The notes under the pieces were generated by a model, which was not told the origin of the DNA, ran no database searches, and worked only from the letters and a program-made list of their open reading frames with translations. A stretch of DNA of 64,000 nucleotides from Paragordius varius (Eukaryota > Animalia > Nematomorpha). This document shows, in pieces, positions 27,776 to 42,700 of this stretch. Location of the stretch: assembly GCA_964247055.1 (NCBI GenBank), contig OZ176053.1, positions 3,038,001 through 3,102,000 on the forward strand. Reading direction: 5' to 3'. Every line of letters begins with the position of its first letter. The stretch's first letter is position 1. The position numbers were made by a program, and so were the translations under genes.

Positions 27776-30700
27776 GGCTACCGAGTAATCTTTTATAATT
27801 GTATGAAAATAAAATCCGACGTCTTAAAGATCATATTAATAATGCACTTCTCACCTAGTTTTGAACATATTCCTTTTACAATGACCCATGTGGTTAGAAA
27901 TGTAATTTGATATCATAATGAATAAATAAACGATCAAATGATGTTATGAAAAAAAAGTATAAAATAAGTTGATGCAAATCAATTTAAAATTTTTACTTTT
28001 TAAAAATTTTACATCACTCAAAAATTAAACTTTTTGCAAAAAAATTTATCTTTCAATTTTTTAGAGCCACTTAAAATTTTCAAAGAGCCACAACTCTCCG
28101 AAACCCCCGTTGGATTCCCTTGGTCTAACACCTAAAAATTTTTTACTAGGGTTTATCAAATTTTTTTGGCTCAACATTAAACTCGAAATTTTTAAAATAA
28201 ATTTTTTGATATAAAGCCAAGTTTGTCATTCGAAAGAGCGCAAAAGACTGAATCTTTGGAATGGTAGTTATTCAATTAATCCGATCTTATGGAAAAGTAT
28301 TTGGATTATATGGTCAATTCCAACTTAGAAACAAGTCAGAAATATAAAAGAATAAATTAAAAATCATATAATTATTTTAATATAATTGCGAGGGTAACAT
28401 TACTATTATATTCGAACAAATATTTTGATAAACTATTGGTTCGCCTTTTTTTAAAAAATCATTATTATAAAAATTATTTTTAGAGATACTAAAAGGCATA
28501 CATATAACTGTAAATTTTTACACATCAATGCCTTAAACTTTATTTCTAGCCTTTGGATTTTTAAAATTATAAATTTTCTAAAAAAATTGATTTGATGAGA
28601 TGGTAATTTTCTTAAAAAATAAAAATGGCTGTTTTGAGGGACATAAAAACAAATGTGTTTTAATCAAAAAACTTTTTATCTTATGTTTATTAAACATTCA
28701 TTGCCATCTGCACAAAGTTTGACGAATATTTTTTAAAATATTAATTGACGAAAACGCTCTCGCTTCGCGGTTTGTCGCTTCCTATCTCTAATAATTACTA
28801 TCTATCTAAAACATATTAGTATACATTTATAGAGTTTTCATTACTCTTTCGATTGATATACAACTAATTTTGTTGTATATTTTTAAAAATAAATATTTTT
28901 TAGTAAAGTTTTGATAAAGAGGGCGGGTAATAAATCAAATTCTAAAAAATTTTTAGGGAATTTTAATTTAGATTTATTGTTAAAAAGATAGTAAATTCAG
29001 AAAATGCAATAAACTCGAGTGGAATTTGTTGTTTAATGTTATTTATAAAACGATGTTCTAAAAATCAAATCATAGTAATATCAAAATTTAATCGGTAATT
29101 TAAACTTAAAATTAAAACTTGGCACTGTATCGGTTATCGATGCGCAACCCAGAAACGATTGCTGACAAATTGTCAATTTTGCACCAATCTTTGTATAATA
29201 ATGTATAATCGATGAAGATCTTCTGTTGAAATGCTAATACATTATATAAATTTATGTAATTTAAATGTAGAAAAAATCTGCTATCGAAACACGTAACAAA
29301 TAGTTAATATATGATCCAACTATTGAATTGGATATAAAAAATAATAAATTAAAAATAAATTTCCCTTGTTTTTGGTTCACAACCAATTCATGACCTTTTC
29401 ACTCTTTTGTCTGCGATGGCATGTTGGGATAGTTTTATATCACCGAACTCAATCTTGTAAAAAACCTATGTTTTGAAAGTTATTGTTCTCCCGTATTAGA
29501 TAAAAGAGCTTTAATTTTCTGTCTTTTAGAGTCTAAAATTGGGATAGCTCTATAAAGCACTAAACAGCTGATTATTAAACCAAAAAATATCAAGTTTTTG
29601 CTGATAAAATGCAACATGAAACAAAATTACATATATTTGCTTATTGTATTACTGATTTAAAAATTTAAAAAAATGGCGGCGAAAAAGTTTGGTTTGTATT
29701 TTTCATAATTTTCTATTTTTATCAAAAATATTTTTTGTAATATGCGCTTAAAAGGCTTAAGAAAGCAAATTTTTAAATTTGGCCTAATACCTTAACTTTT
29801 TACGATATTTAAATTTTCAAATCGCTTTGGGATATAAAACTACCCAAAAGGTCATAAAGTGATAAAAGGTCTTTTTGAACATGTACTGCTATTTTTGATT
29901 TTAAAAAAACTAATTAATTTACAAACCATGAGATAATTAGTTTTAGATGTTATATAATCTGATAATAGGGGCCCTGTTGGAAACATTTTATTACTTATAG
30001 CGCCTTTATGTCATCATGTCAATACTCTTACATTAGTAAAAATTGAAAATGTAATTAGTAATAACACAGAGTCCATAATCAGAGTTCTTTAATAAATATT
30101 CCGATTTATATAATTGCTTCATTCCAAAAATCATCATTAAAATGGTATCATGCTTTCACCACGCACAAAATGGGGATATAAACTTGATAAAATTTGTATA
30201 TTTTAAAGCCTCACTTAGATAAGAAGCTATTACCACTTCTGTGGTAATTACATATCTAAAAGTCGCAAAATTTGAGCATATTATGCAAATATTTTTGGTG
30301 AAAACTGAAACTAATTGCCTTATTTCAAAAAAATAAAGCATATCATAAAATATTAGTGTCAAATTATTGGATTCATCCGAAAGGAGCAAGTTTATTAAAT
30401 TTAACGTTAAAATGCCGAGATTGCGCAATAAAAAATTTAATAAATCTTGACATCAAAAAAAGGTTTTTACGAAAAATATTTTTAAAAATCAAATCAAGGC
30501 ATACTTCATGCTATTGTGAAACATTAAAAAATACTTATTCTTTATAATTAGGATGATGAACATTTCTACCATCTCAGAATTTGGTTGGTTTGCTTTCGAA
30601 TTCGGGTGGATTTTTTAAAAACACAATTTATTTTTAATATAAATATGAGGACGAATTTTTTTATCACAATAGGTGATATTGATGTAAAATTGAATCATGA

Positions 30701-33700
30701 AAAATTTTCATATAAAATTTTTAAGTGTTACCGTTTCCATCATACTTCACTACAAAAAAAACTGCTTCATTGATTTTGTTATATCTTATGCGCAAGATAT
30801 CAATTTTACACTTTTTAATGTCAAATAACAAATAAAATTTTTAGCGCGCGATCTCGACCTTTTCCCCCTCATTTTAAGAGAGCTTGTCCATAGACGCCAG
30901 AAATTTGATACTTTCGGAGGCTAATCTAAAATTTATTTTCCCAGAGTTAAAACGATTAAAAATTATTTTACATTTTGCAATTTTCACATGTTTGTTGGAA
31001 TTATATATTTGATAAAAAAAACTTGTTGAAATTTCGGTATTAAATGTGTTTTCAAACGCTTTCATTTTAATCATATATGTCAGGGTGAATGTATAGTTTG
31101 CATTGTAAGCGTTAACGTATTGGTGACATGTATGATTATCTGGATTGAATGGAATCATCTAAAATATAACAAAGATATGGTTGATGGAATTAATACCCGA
31201 TAATAACCCAAAATAGGTAAAAGGGAATCGTTTATTATATGTAGGAACCGAAGTAAGTTATGTGATTGGTTTTTATTTAATTTGCATACCAATATTTAGA
31301 ACTTAACTATTTTGGAAATAAATTTAATAGCCATCTCTTTTTTATTAATTAAACAAATCAATCCAGCATATATAAACTGAAATCCTACCCTCATACATCC
31401 AAATTTCTATATTTGAGCCTACTCACAAATTAGTATGTCGAAGAACTATTATTAGTCTCTTCTTTTTATTTTATCTTTTTAATCTAGCTGGTCCCCTGCC
31501 TAGGGCTGACAACGATGATGAAAAAAGTGATGGGGTCCAAAATCTACATTCATCAATTTTTGTCTCTATTCTAATCACATATTATTAAAATCCATAATGA
31601 GTTCAAGGAAACATAAAATCATTGATTTGTATATATATTTCTAAAATCACGCCAAGATAAACTTATTTATGCAAGTTAGAATTTGATTAAGAGTTGGAAT
31701 CAAGGTCCAATATAGATAATAAACAATAAAAAAATAAAAACATTTTTATACCTGAGTATCGCTATAACATGGTTTGACATTTTCAAAACATCTTTCCATT
31801 GTTAAGGAATAAGTGACTTGAGCTGTCAAATAGGACGTCCAGCATACAATTATGTTATGATTATCAGAACGCGCATTTATCGTTAATTGTGAACTATTAA
31901 CTATAGGTTAGATATTACTTACCCACTTAATTGTTAGCCAGTCAATATAGTAGTATATGATATAATACAAATTTTTTTTATTATTAAATGAACAAATTTA
32001 ATGTTTTAACATAAGGAAAAATTGTTCATTTCACACATTTGTTTTTTATCCATACGCTACTGTGTTGCCAATTGCCCAAAAATAATGCAAAGTGGCTAAC
32101 AATAAAGTGGCTTATATTTACAGTATGCATCTCAATAAATGTTCAGTAATTTTATTGCCAGTCGAATAACATAAATGGTTTATCCAATGCGTAAAATACT
32201 GACTCACGAAATTATTTCGTAGTACACATATGAAAGAGGATTGACGTAAAATAGGCTTTAATTTGATGGATATTTTGTAATGTTAAATTTTGAGAATATT
32301 ATAGCAATTTATGTTAACATTTGTAATATTTTTGTTACGTATTTAGATGCGGAATTGTGTGGGTTTCTATCTTAGATAAATTATTAAATAGTAAAATATG
32401 TATTTTAAGATATTTTATGTTAATTATTCTTAAATTTAATAATAAATATCAACATGCTAAATATCTGTATTAATCAATATTGGTATTATAATTTTATATA
32501 GTTGTTATTACTAATTAAAAAAACACAGGTAAATATATATTTGTGAAAATTTAAGCAGATTTAAGATTTTTGTCTTTTATGTTGTGCATTGTTAATATTT
32601 TTAAGTATTTCAGACATTTTAATCAGGTAATTCGGTTTTTAAATTTAGTCAAATTTATTTTTTTGTTTTTTTTATGTAACATTGTTAATTGTAATCAATT
32701 ACTACATATTTTGGACATTTTAATAAATACAGATAAAAATTGCGGTTTTTAACAAATTTAGTAAAAATTTAGTTTTTTTTGTTTTTTTAGGTTTTGCATT
32801 GTTAATTGTAATTAATTACTACATATTTTGATTATTATAAATAGAGGTAAAAATTGCGGTTTTTAACAAATTTAGTAAAAATTGAATTTTTTTGTTTTTT
32901 TTATTTAACATTGTTAATTGTAATTAATTACTACATATTTTGGACATTTTAATAATTACAGATGAAAATGGCGGTTCTTAACAAATTTCAAATTTAACAT
33001 TTTTTGTATTTTGTATCATTGTTATTAATTACTAAATATTTTGGACATCTAAAAAACAGGGGAAATTGCGGTTTTTAATAAATTAGTAAAATTTTTAATT
33101 TTTTGTTCAACCTTGCTAATTTATTAATTACTATATATTTTTTATACATTGATATATACAGGTAAATATTACGATGATTTGCGGTTTTTTAAATTTTTAG
33201 GAAAATTATTTTTTTGTTTTACATTGATAACTAACATACAAATATAGTTATATCTGAGCATACAGGTAAAAGCGTATGTTACGGTTTTAGGTTTGACATT
33301 TTATTTTCCAAATCCAACGATTTATATTTTAACAAACACCTTATGTCACCAAAGGAAAAAATGATCAAGATATATAAAACATCTTTTAAAGTATCTGAAT
33401 ATCGCCAAATATAAATAAATTTATTTAAATTATAAATGTATAATTATACAAAATATTCATAATATTATGTTTAAAATTAGCATTCTTCTTATTGATATAA
33501 TACAGGTAATTTGTTTCTAATATTGATATACGATGCGGTGTGCGCTCATGATAATCTTATCTTAGATTGAAGAATATGAGATGCAAAAAATAATTAAATG
33601 CAGATTGAATATTTATCACCATCATTTTCTGGGTAGATTCTATCAACTAAAATATAAAATAGAAAGGTATTTATTAATATATTAGAAAATTGATACCTGG

Positions 33701-36700
33701 ATTCTTGAAGTATTTTCAACATAATTTTAAATATTGGGGGCTAAAACATTCAAAGTTTGAAAGGGAACTAAATAAGGTTGACTTGGCTTTTTAACAACTA
33801 AATTTGCAAAAAATATTTTCTTCATGATAAAAAAATTCTAAAATGATACTTTATGTTTTTGCGTTTTCGTTCTACTAATTAAACTATAAATATGAAAAGG
33901 CTTATATGATTTCACCAATGACGTCAAATAGAAAATAGAAACAAATATTTTTATTCAAAAATACAACAGCCCTCCAAAAACGTAACAGGCAACACTAACA
34001 TTGTTCGCTTTGGTGAAGAATAGTTTTTCATATTTATAGTTTAGATAGTAGAACGAAAACCCAAAAACATAAAGTATCATTTTTGAATTTTTTATCATGA
34101 AGAAAATATTTTTTGCAAATTTAGTTGTTAAAAAGCCAAGTCAAACTTATCTAGTTCCCTTTCAAACTTTGAATGTTTTGGCCCCCAATATTTAAAATTA
34201 TGTTGAAAATACTTCAAGAATCCAGGTATCAATTTTCTAATATATTAATAAATACCTTTCTATTTTATATTTTAGTTGATAGAATCAACCCAGAAAATGA
34301 TGGTGATTGAATTTTCAATCTGCATTTAATTATTTTTTGCTCATATTCTTCAATCTAAGATAAGATCATCATGAACGCACACCGCATCGTATATCAATAT
34401 TAGAAACAAATTACCTGTATTAATATCAATAAGAAGAATGCTAATTTTAAACATAATATTATGAATATTTTGTATAATTATACATTTAAAATTTAAATAA
34501 ATTTATTTATATTGGCGATATACAGATACTTTAAAAGATGTTTTATATATCTTGATCATTTTTTCAATCTTTGGTGACATAAGGTGTTTGTTAAAATATA
34601 CATCGTTGGATTTGGAAAATTAAATGTCAGACCTAAAACCGTAACATGCGTTTTTACCGGTATGCTCAGATATAACTATATTTGTATATTACAATGTAAA
34701 ACAAAAAAAATAATTTTCCTAAAAATATAACCCAATTCATAGTAATATTTACCTGTATACATCAATGTATAAAAAATATATAGTAATTAATAAATTAGCA
34801 AGGTTGAACAAAAAATTAAAAATTTTACTAATTTATTAAAAACCGCAATTTTCCCCTGTTTTTTAAATGTCCAAAATATTTATTAATTAATAACAATGAT
34901 ACAAAATACAAAAATTGTTAAAGTTGAAATTTGTTAAAAACCGCCATTTTCACCTGTAATTATTAAAATGTCCAAAATATATAGTAATTAATTACAATTA
35001 ACAATGTCAAAGAAAAAAAACAAAAAAAATTCAATTTTTACTAAATTTATTAAAAACCGCAATTTTTACCTCTATTTATAATAATGTCCAAAATATGTAG
35101 TAATTAATTACAATTAACAATGCAAAACCTAAAAAAACAAAAAAAAACTAAATTTTTACAAAATTTGTTAAAAACCGCGATTTTTACTTGTATTTATAAT
35201 AATGTCCAAAATATGTAGTAATAAATTACAATTAACAATGCAAAACCTAACAAAATTTTTACTAAATTTATTAAAAACCGTAATTTTTACCTATATTTAT
35301 TAAAATGTCGAAAATATGTAGTAATTAATTACTATTAACAATGTTACATAAAAAAACAGAAAAAATTAAATTTGACTAAATTTAAAAACCAAATATCTAC
35401 CTGATTAAAATGTCTGAAATACTTAAAAATTATTAATAATTAACAATGCAAAACATAAAAGACAAAAATCTACTTAAATTACAAATATATATTTATTTTA
35501 ATTAGTAATAACAACTATATAAAATTATAATACCAAAATTAATTATATTTAGCATGATGAAAAATATTTATTATTAAATTTAAGAATAATTAACATAAAA
35601 TATCTTAAAATACGTATTTTACTATTTATTAATTTATCAAAGATACAGTATGCATTTTAATGTCTGTTAAGTAATTTTATTGCCTGCCAAATAACATAAA
35701 TGGTTTATCAAAAGCGTAAAATACTGACCCACGAAATTATTTCGTAGTACACATATGAAAGAAGATTGACGTGAGAATTAACATAGGCTTTAATTTGATG
35801 GATATTTTGTAATGTTAAATTTTGGGAATATTATAGCAATTTATGTTAACATTTGTAATATTGTTGTTACGTATTTAGATGCGGAATTTTGTGGGTTTTT
35901 ATCTTTAATAAATTAATAAATAGTAAAATACGTATTTTAAGATATTTTATGTTAATTATTCCTAAATTTAATAATAAATATTTTTCAACATGCTAAATAC
36001 CTGTATTAATTAATCTTGGTATTATAATTTTATATAGTTGTTAATACTAATTAAAAAAACACAGGTAAATATATATTTGTGAAAATTTAAGTAGATTTTT
36101 GTCTTTTATGTTTTGCATTATTTTTATCAGGTAAAAATTGCGGTTTTTAATAAATTTCCTAAAAATTTAGTTTTTTTTTGTTTTTTAGGTTTTGCATTGT
36201 TAGTTGTAATTAATTACTACATATTTTGGACATTATAATAAATAGAGGTAAAAATTGCGGTAAAAATTTAGTTTTTTAGGTTTTGCATTGTTAATTGTAA
36301 TTAACTACTACATATTTTGGACATTTTAATAATTACAGGTAAAAATTGCGGTTTTTAACAAATTTAGTAAAAATTTTGTTTTTTTAGGTTTTGCATTGTT
36401 AATTGTAATTAACTACTACATATTTTGGACATTTTAATAATTACAGGTAAAAATTGCGGTTTTTAACAAATTCAGTAAAAATTTAGTTTTTTTTGTTTTT
36501 TTTTGGTTTTGCATTGTTAATTGTAACTAACTACTTCATATTTTGGACATTATAATAATTACAAAATTTAGTAAAAAGTTAATTTTTTTGTTTTAGAGGA
36601 TTTTCATTGTTAATTGTAATTAATTAATTTTGGACATTTCAATTAATAAAGGTAAAAAATGAGGTTGTTTTTATATTTAATAAAATTTAATATTTTCTTG

Positions 36701-39700
36701 TTTTTTTATTTAATATTGTTAATTGTAATTAATTACTACATATTTGGAAATTTTAATAAATACAGGTGAAAATGGCGGTTTTTAACAAATTTCAAATGTA
36801 ACATTTTTTGTATCTTGTATCATTGTTATTTAATTAATTATTAAATATTTTGGACATTTAAAAAACTTGTGTAAATTGCGGTTTTTATTAAATTAGTAAA
36901 TTTTATTTTTTGTTCAACCTTGCTAATTTATTTATCACTATATATTTGTGATACATTGATATATACAGGTAAAAATTACTATGACTTGCGGTTTTTTGAA
37001 TTTTTTAAAATATTTTTTTTACATTGATAACTTATATAATAAATATAGTTTACATATCTGAGTAGGTAAAAATGCATGTTACGGTTTTATGTTTGACATT
37101 TTATTTTCCATCAACTATTTATATTTTAACAAACAACGTATGTCACCAAAGATTGAAAATAAGATCAAGATATATAAAACATCTTTTAAAGTATCTGAAT
37201 ATGGCCAAATATAAATAAATTTATTTAAATTATAAATGTATAATTATACAAAATATTCATATTATGTTTGAAATTAACATTCTTCTTATTGATATTAATA
37301 CAAGTAATTTGTTTATATAAATGATGTACGATGCGGTGTGCGTTCATGATGATCATATGGATTGAAGAATAGTATAAGATGTAGATAATCCTGAAAATTT
37401 TAATCACCATCATTTTTCAGGTAGATTCTATCACCTAAAATATAAGATAATTGATATATTAGAAAATTGATACCTGGATTAAATATTGGGGGAAACATTC
37501 ATAGTTTGAAAGGGAACTCAAAAGGTTGACTTGGCTTTTTAACAACTAAATTTGCAAAAAAATATTTTCTTCATGATAAAATATTCAAAAATGATACTTT
37601 ATGTTTTTTTTCGTTCTACCATCCTAAACTATAAATATGAAAAGGCTTATATGATTTCACCATACCAATGACGTCAAATAGAAAATAGAAACAAATAATT
37701 TTTTTCAAAAGCTTGGAATGCAACAGCACTCCAAAAGCAGGCAACACTTGTTTGCTTTGGTGAAGAATAATTTTTTATATTTATAGTTTAGGATGGTAAA
37801 ACGAAAACGTAAAATAAGGTATCATTTTTGAATTTTTTATCATGAAGAAAATATTTTTTTGCAAATTTAGTTGTTAAAAAGCCAAGTCAACCTTTTGAGT
37901 TCCCTTTCAAACTATGAATGTTTCCCCCAATACAGGTATCAATTTTCTAATATATCAATTATCTTATATTTTAGGTGATAGAATCTACCTGAAAAATGAT
38001 GGTGATTAAAATTTTAAGGATTATCTACATCTTATACTATTCTTCAATCCATATGATCATCATGAACGCACACCGCATCGTACATCATTTATATTAACAA
38101 ATTACCTGTATTAATATCAATAAGAAGAATGTTAATTTCAAACATAATATGAATATTTTGTATAATTATACATTTATAATTTAAATAAATTTATTTATAT
38201 TTGGCCATATTCAGATACTTTAAAAGATGTTTTATATATCTTGATCTTATTTTCAATCTTTGGTGACATACGTTGTTTGTTAAAATATAAATAGTTGATG
38301 GAAAATAAAATGTCAAACATAAAACCGTAACATGCATTTTTACCTACTCAGATATGTTAACTATATTTATTATATAAGTTATCAATGTAAAAAAAATATT
38401 TTAAAAAATTCAAAAAACCGCAAGTCATAGTAATTTTTACCTGTATATATCAATGTATCACAAATATATAGTGATAAATAAATTAGCAAGGTTGAACAAA
38501 AAATAAAATTTACTAATTTAATAAAAACCGCAATTTACACAAGTTTTTTAAATGTCCAAAATATTTAATAATTAATTAAATAACAATGATACAAGATACA
38601 AAAAATGTTACATTTGAAATTTGTTAAAAACCGCCATTTTCACCTGTATTTATTAAAATTTCCAAATATGTAGTAATTAATTACAATTAACAATATTAAA
38701 TAAAAAAACAAGAAAATATTAAATTTTATTAAATATAAAAACAACCTCATTTTTTACCTTTATTAATTGAAGTGTCCAAAATTAATTAATTACAATTAAC
38801 AATGAAAATCCTCTAAAACAAAAAAATTAACTTTTTACTAAATTTTGTAATTATTATAATGTCCAAAATATGAAGTAGTTAGTTACAATTAACAATGCAA
38901 AACCAAAAAAAAACAAAAAAAACTAAATTTATACTGAATTTGTTAAAAACCGCAATTTTTACCTGTAATTATTAAAATGTCCAAAATATGTAGTAGTTAA
39001 TTACAATTAACAATGCAAAACCTAAAAATACAAAAAAAAAACAAAATTTTTACTAAATTTGTTAAAAACCGCAATTTTTACCTGTAATTATTAAAATGTC
39101 CAAAATATGTAGTAGTTAATTACAATTAACAATGCAAAACCTAAAAAACTAAATTTTTAGTAATTATTAAAAACCGCAATTTTTACCTCTATTTATTATA
39201 ATGTCCAAAATATGTAGTAATTAATTACAACTAACAATGCAAAACCTAAAAAACAAAAAAAAACTAAATTTTTAGGAAATTTGTTAAAAACCGCCATTTT
39301 CACCTGTATTTATTAAAATTTCCAAATATGTAGTAATTAATTACAATTAACAATATTAAATAAAAAAACAAGAAAATATTAAATTTTATTAAATATAAAA
39401 ACAACCTCATTTTTTACCTTTATTAATTGAAGTGTCCAAAATTAATTAATTACAATTAACAATGAAAATCCTCTAAAACAAAAAAATTAACTTTTTACTA
39501 AATTTTGTAATTATTATAATGTCCAAAATATGAAGTAGTTAGTTACAATTAACAATGCAAAACCAAAAAAAAACAAAAAAAACTAAATTTATACTGAATT
39601 TGTTAAAAACCGCAATTTTTACCTGTAATTATTAAAATGTCCAAAATATGTAGTAGTTAATTACAATTAACAATGCAAAACCTAAAAATACAAAAAAAAA

Positions 39701-42700
39701 ACAAAATTTTTACTAAATTTGTTAAAAACCGCAATTTTTACCTGTAATTATTAAAATGTCCAAAATATGTAGTAGTTAATTACAATTAACAATGCAAAAC
39801 CTAAAAAACTAAATTTTTAGTAATTATTAAAAACCGCAATTTTTACCTCTATTTATTATAATGTCCAAAATATGTAGTAATTAATTACAACTAACAATGC
39901 AAAACCTAAAAAACAAAAAAAAACTAAATTTTTAGGAAATTTATTAAAAACCGCAATTTTTACCTGATAAAAATAATGCAAAACATAAAAGACAAAAATC
40001 TACTTAAATTTTCACAAATATATATTTACCTGTGTTTTTTTAATTAGTAATAACAACTATATAAAATTATAATACCAAGATTAATTAATACAGGTATTTA
40101 GCATGTTGAAAAATATTTATTATTAAATTTAGGAATAATTAACATAAAATATCTTAAAATACGTATTTTACTATTTATTAATTTATTAAAGATAAAAACC
40201 CACAAAATTCCGCATCTAAATACGTAACAACAATATTACAAATGTTAACATAAATTGCTATAATATTCCCAAAATTTAACATTACAAAATATCCATCAAA
40301 TTAAAGCCTATGTTAATTCTCACGTCAATCTTCTTTCATATGTGTACTACGAAATAATTTCGTGGGTCAGTATTTTACGCTTTTGATAAACCATTTATGT
40401 TATTTGGCAGGCAATAAAATTACTTAACAGACATTAAAATGCATACTGTAAAAACCCACACAATTCCGCATCTAAATACGTAACAACAATATTACAAATG
40501 TTAACATAAATTGCTATAATATTCTCAAAATTTAACATTACAAAATATCCATCAAATTAAAGCCTATGTTAATTTTCACGTCAATCCTCTTTCATATGTG
40601 TACTACGAAATACGTGAGTCAGTATTTTACGCATTGGATAAACCATTTATGTTATTCGACTGGCAATAAAATTACTGAACATACATTAAAATGCATACTG
40701 TAGTATAAAAAAATAATATTGCTATTGTTTATAATTTGTTAGTAATATTCAGCACTAATATGATGGACTCTTTATATAAAAGAAAAACATAAATTAAATT
40801 TAAAACCATTACGAATGAGCCGTTAACCAAATTTGTCCATGTAAACGAGCCATGTGAATAAGCCGGCTCAAAATATATTTTATAAAATTTATATATTTCT
40901 CTTGGTTTTTAAGTTAATCTGTCAATTTTCCATTTCAACTTAGCCATAAACCAATCAAACCCTCCGCCCTAAAACTGCTTTTTATAGCACTGATATTTTT
41001 TGAATTTCTTGATTTATTTATTTTGAATATAAAGATATGCAAATGTTTAAACTACTATGAAATTTTTGTCGGTATTATATGGCTCAGTCCTTGAGACAAT
41101 ATAAATTTGTGGGCCTTATTTGGTGTATATCACTGCATAAAAATTTAAGCTATTTTAGCCACTTATTCACTAAAATGCCTTGTGTGTGCAAAAAAGAGGG
41201 TTATTTTTTTAGCAAATTTTTTATTCGTAAAATAGCTTATGACCAGCTAATTCATTTGCCGCAAAAATTTTAATTTGTTGACCACCTAGTTTTTGAAATA
41301 TTGAGAGAAAATCGAAATCGAAATGAAAATTTAGGATAATTAAATAAATATGATAAAAGTTGAGATATTATGGTTTATTATTATTTTAGGATATTTTCAG
41401 TATATAAATGGCCTAAAATCATATAGTTAGGACTTCTATAAAATCTCAGTTCAAAAGATTTTCTATTAATACACTTAAAAGACAAAAAATATTTTAAGAA
41501 ACTTTTAATTATTTACTCAAACTCACTATTAAAATCTTAATATTCATATTTTATAAGGTAAAAAAACTTACATATCAAAATAAAACTAATAAACATAGTT
41601 TTTATTTTTTTTCTCGATTTATTACGGTATAAAAAATTTACTATTTTATTTTGTTCACATAAGCGTAAATTAAAAAATATGTATATTTCAAAATAAATTT
41701 ACAACCAGTAGAAAATCAACCAAAAATCCGTACATATCCCAGTAAAAATATTAATTTATGTTAAAGCAAACTTTTTACAGGGATTTATAAGGATTTTGGG
41801 TTGACATTCCACTACATAAATCCTATTTTGCATAAAATTTATAGTTTATAATTCCCAGTCATGTAAGATTTCAAAATAAAACAGTATAATTATTTATACA
41901 TTCATAAACCAGATGACAATAAAATAAAAAATAAAAAATATTTATTATTTTGATATATAAGTTTTTTACTGAATAAAATATTAATGTTAAGATTTTAATA
42001 ATGAGTTTAGCTAGTAAATAATTAAAAATTATTTTAACATAGTTAAAAAATTTTGTCTTTTAAGTACGTTGCAGTTTTTTGATCTGAATTTTTATAGAAC
42101 CCTAACTATATGATTTCAGGCTATTTAAAACTTGTAAATATATGCTAAAAGATAAAAAACCAATATATCTCAAGTTTTATCATTATTTATATTATCCTAA
42201 ATTATCCTTAAATTTTATTTTTGCCCGATTTTGATTTTCTCTCAATATTTCAAAAACTAGGTCGTCTGCTATTAATTTTTGCGGAAAATAAATTGGCTGG
42301 TCATTAGCTATATACCATTTTTCATGCAAAAACATCATTTTTTCAAGCAAACGCACCATTTTTTCAAGCAAACGCAACATTTTTTCAAGCAAAGGCAACA
42401 ATTTTTCAAGCAAATGCAACATTTTTTCAAGCAAAGACAACATTTTTTCAAGCAAACGCAACATTTTTTCAAGCAAACGCAACATTTTTTCAACCAAATG
42501 CAACATTTTTTCAACCAAATACAACATTTTTTCATCCAAACGCAACATTTTTTCAACCAAAGACAACATTTTTTCAAGCAAAAACAACACTTTTTTTTAA
42601 TATTACAAAGAATTACTATTTATTGTTAATTATAAATTATTAATTAAATTTTAAGTTAATGTAATTTATTTTTAGCGTTGAATTATGATTTTTATCGTTT

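Larger units (their letters stand above)
32121..40700. mobile_element. Giant foldback element 1 (CAGTATGCAT...ATGCATACTG, TA TSD; about 3.8 kb net), interrupted by element 2
   Basis: Left arm 32121-33897 is the reverse complement of 34025-35645 plus 40449-40700; spacer about 125 bp; internal tandem units of about 115-120 bp; TA at both ends. Confidence 0.9.

Noticed and set aside
32500-40000. CRISPR-like repeat array
   Set aside because: Units are 115-120-bp degenerate tandem repeats with no unique spacers, there are no cas genes, and the context is eukaryotic.
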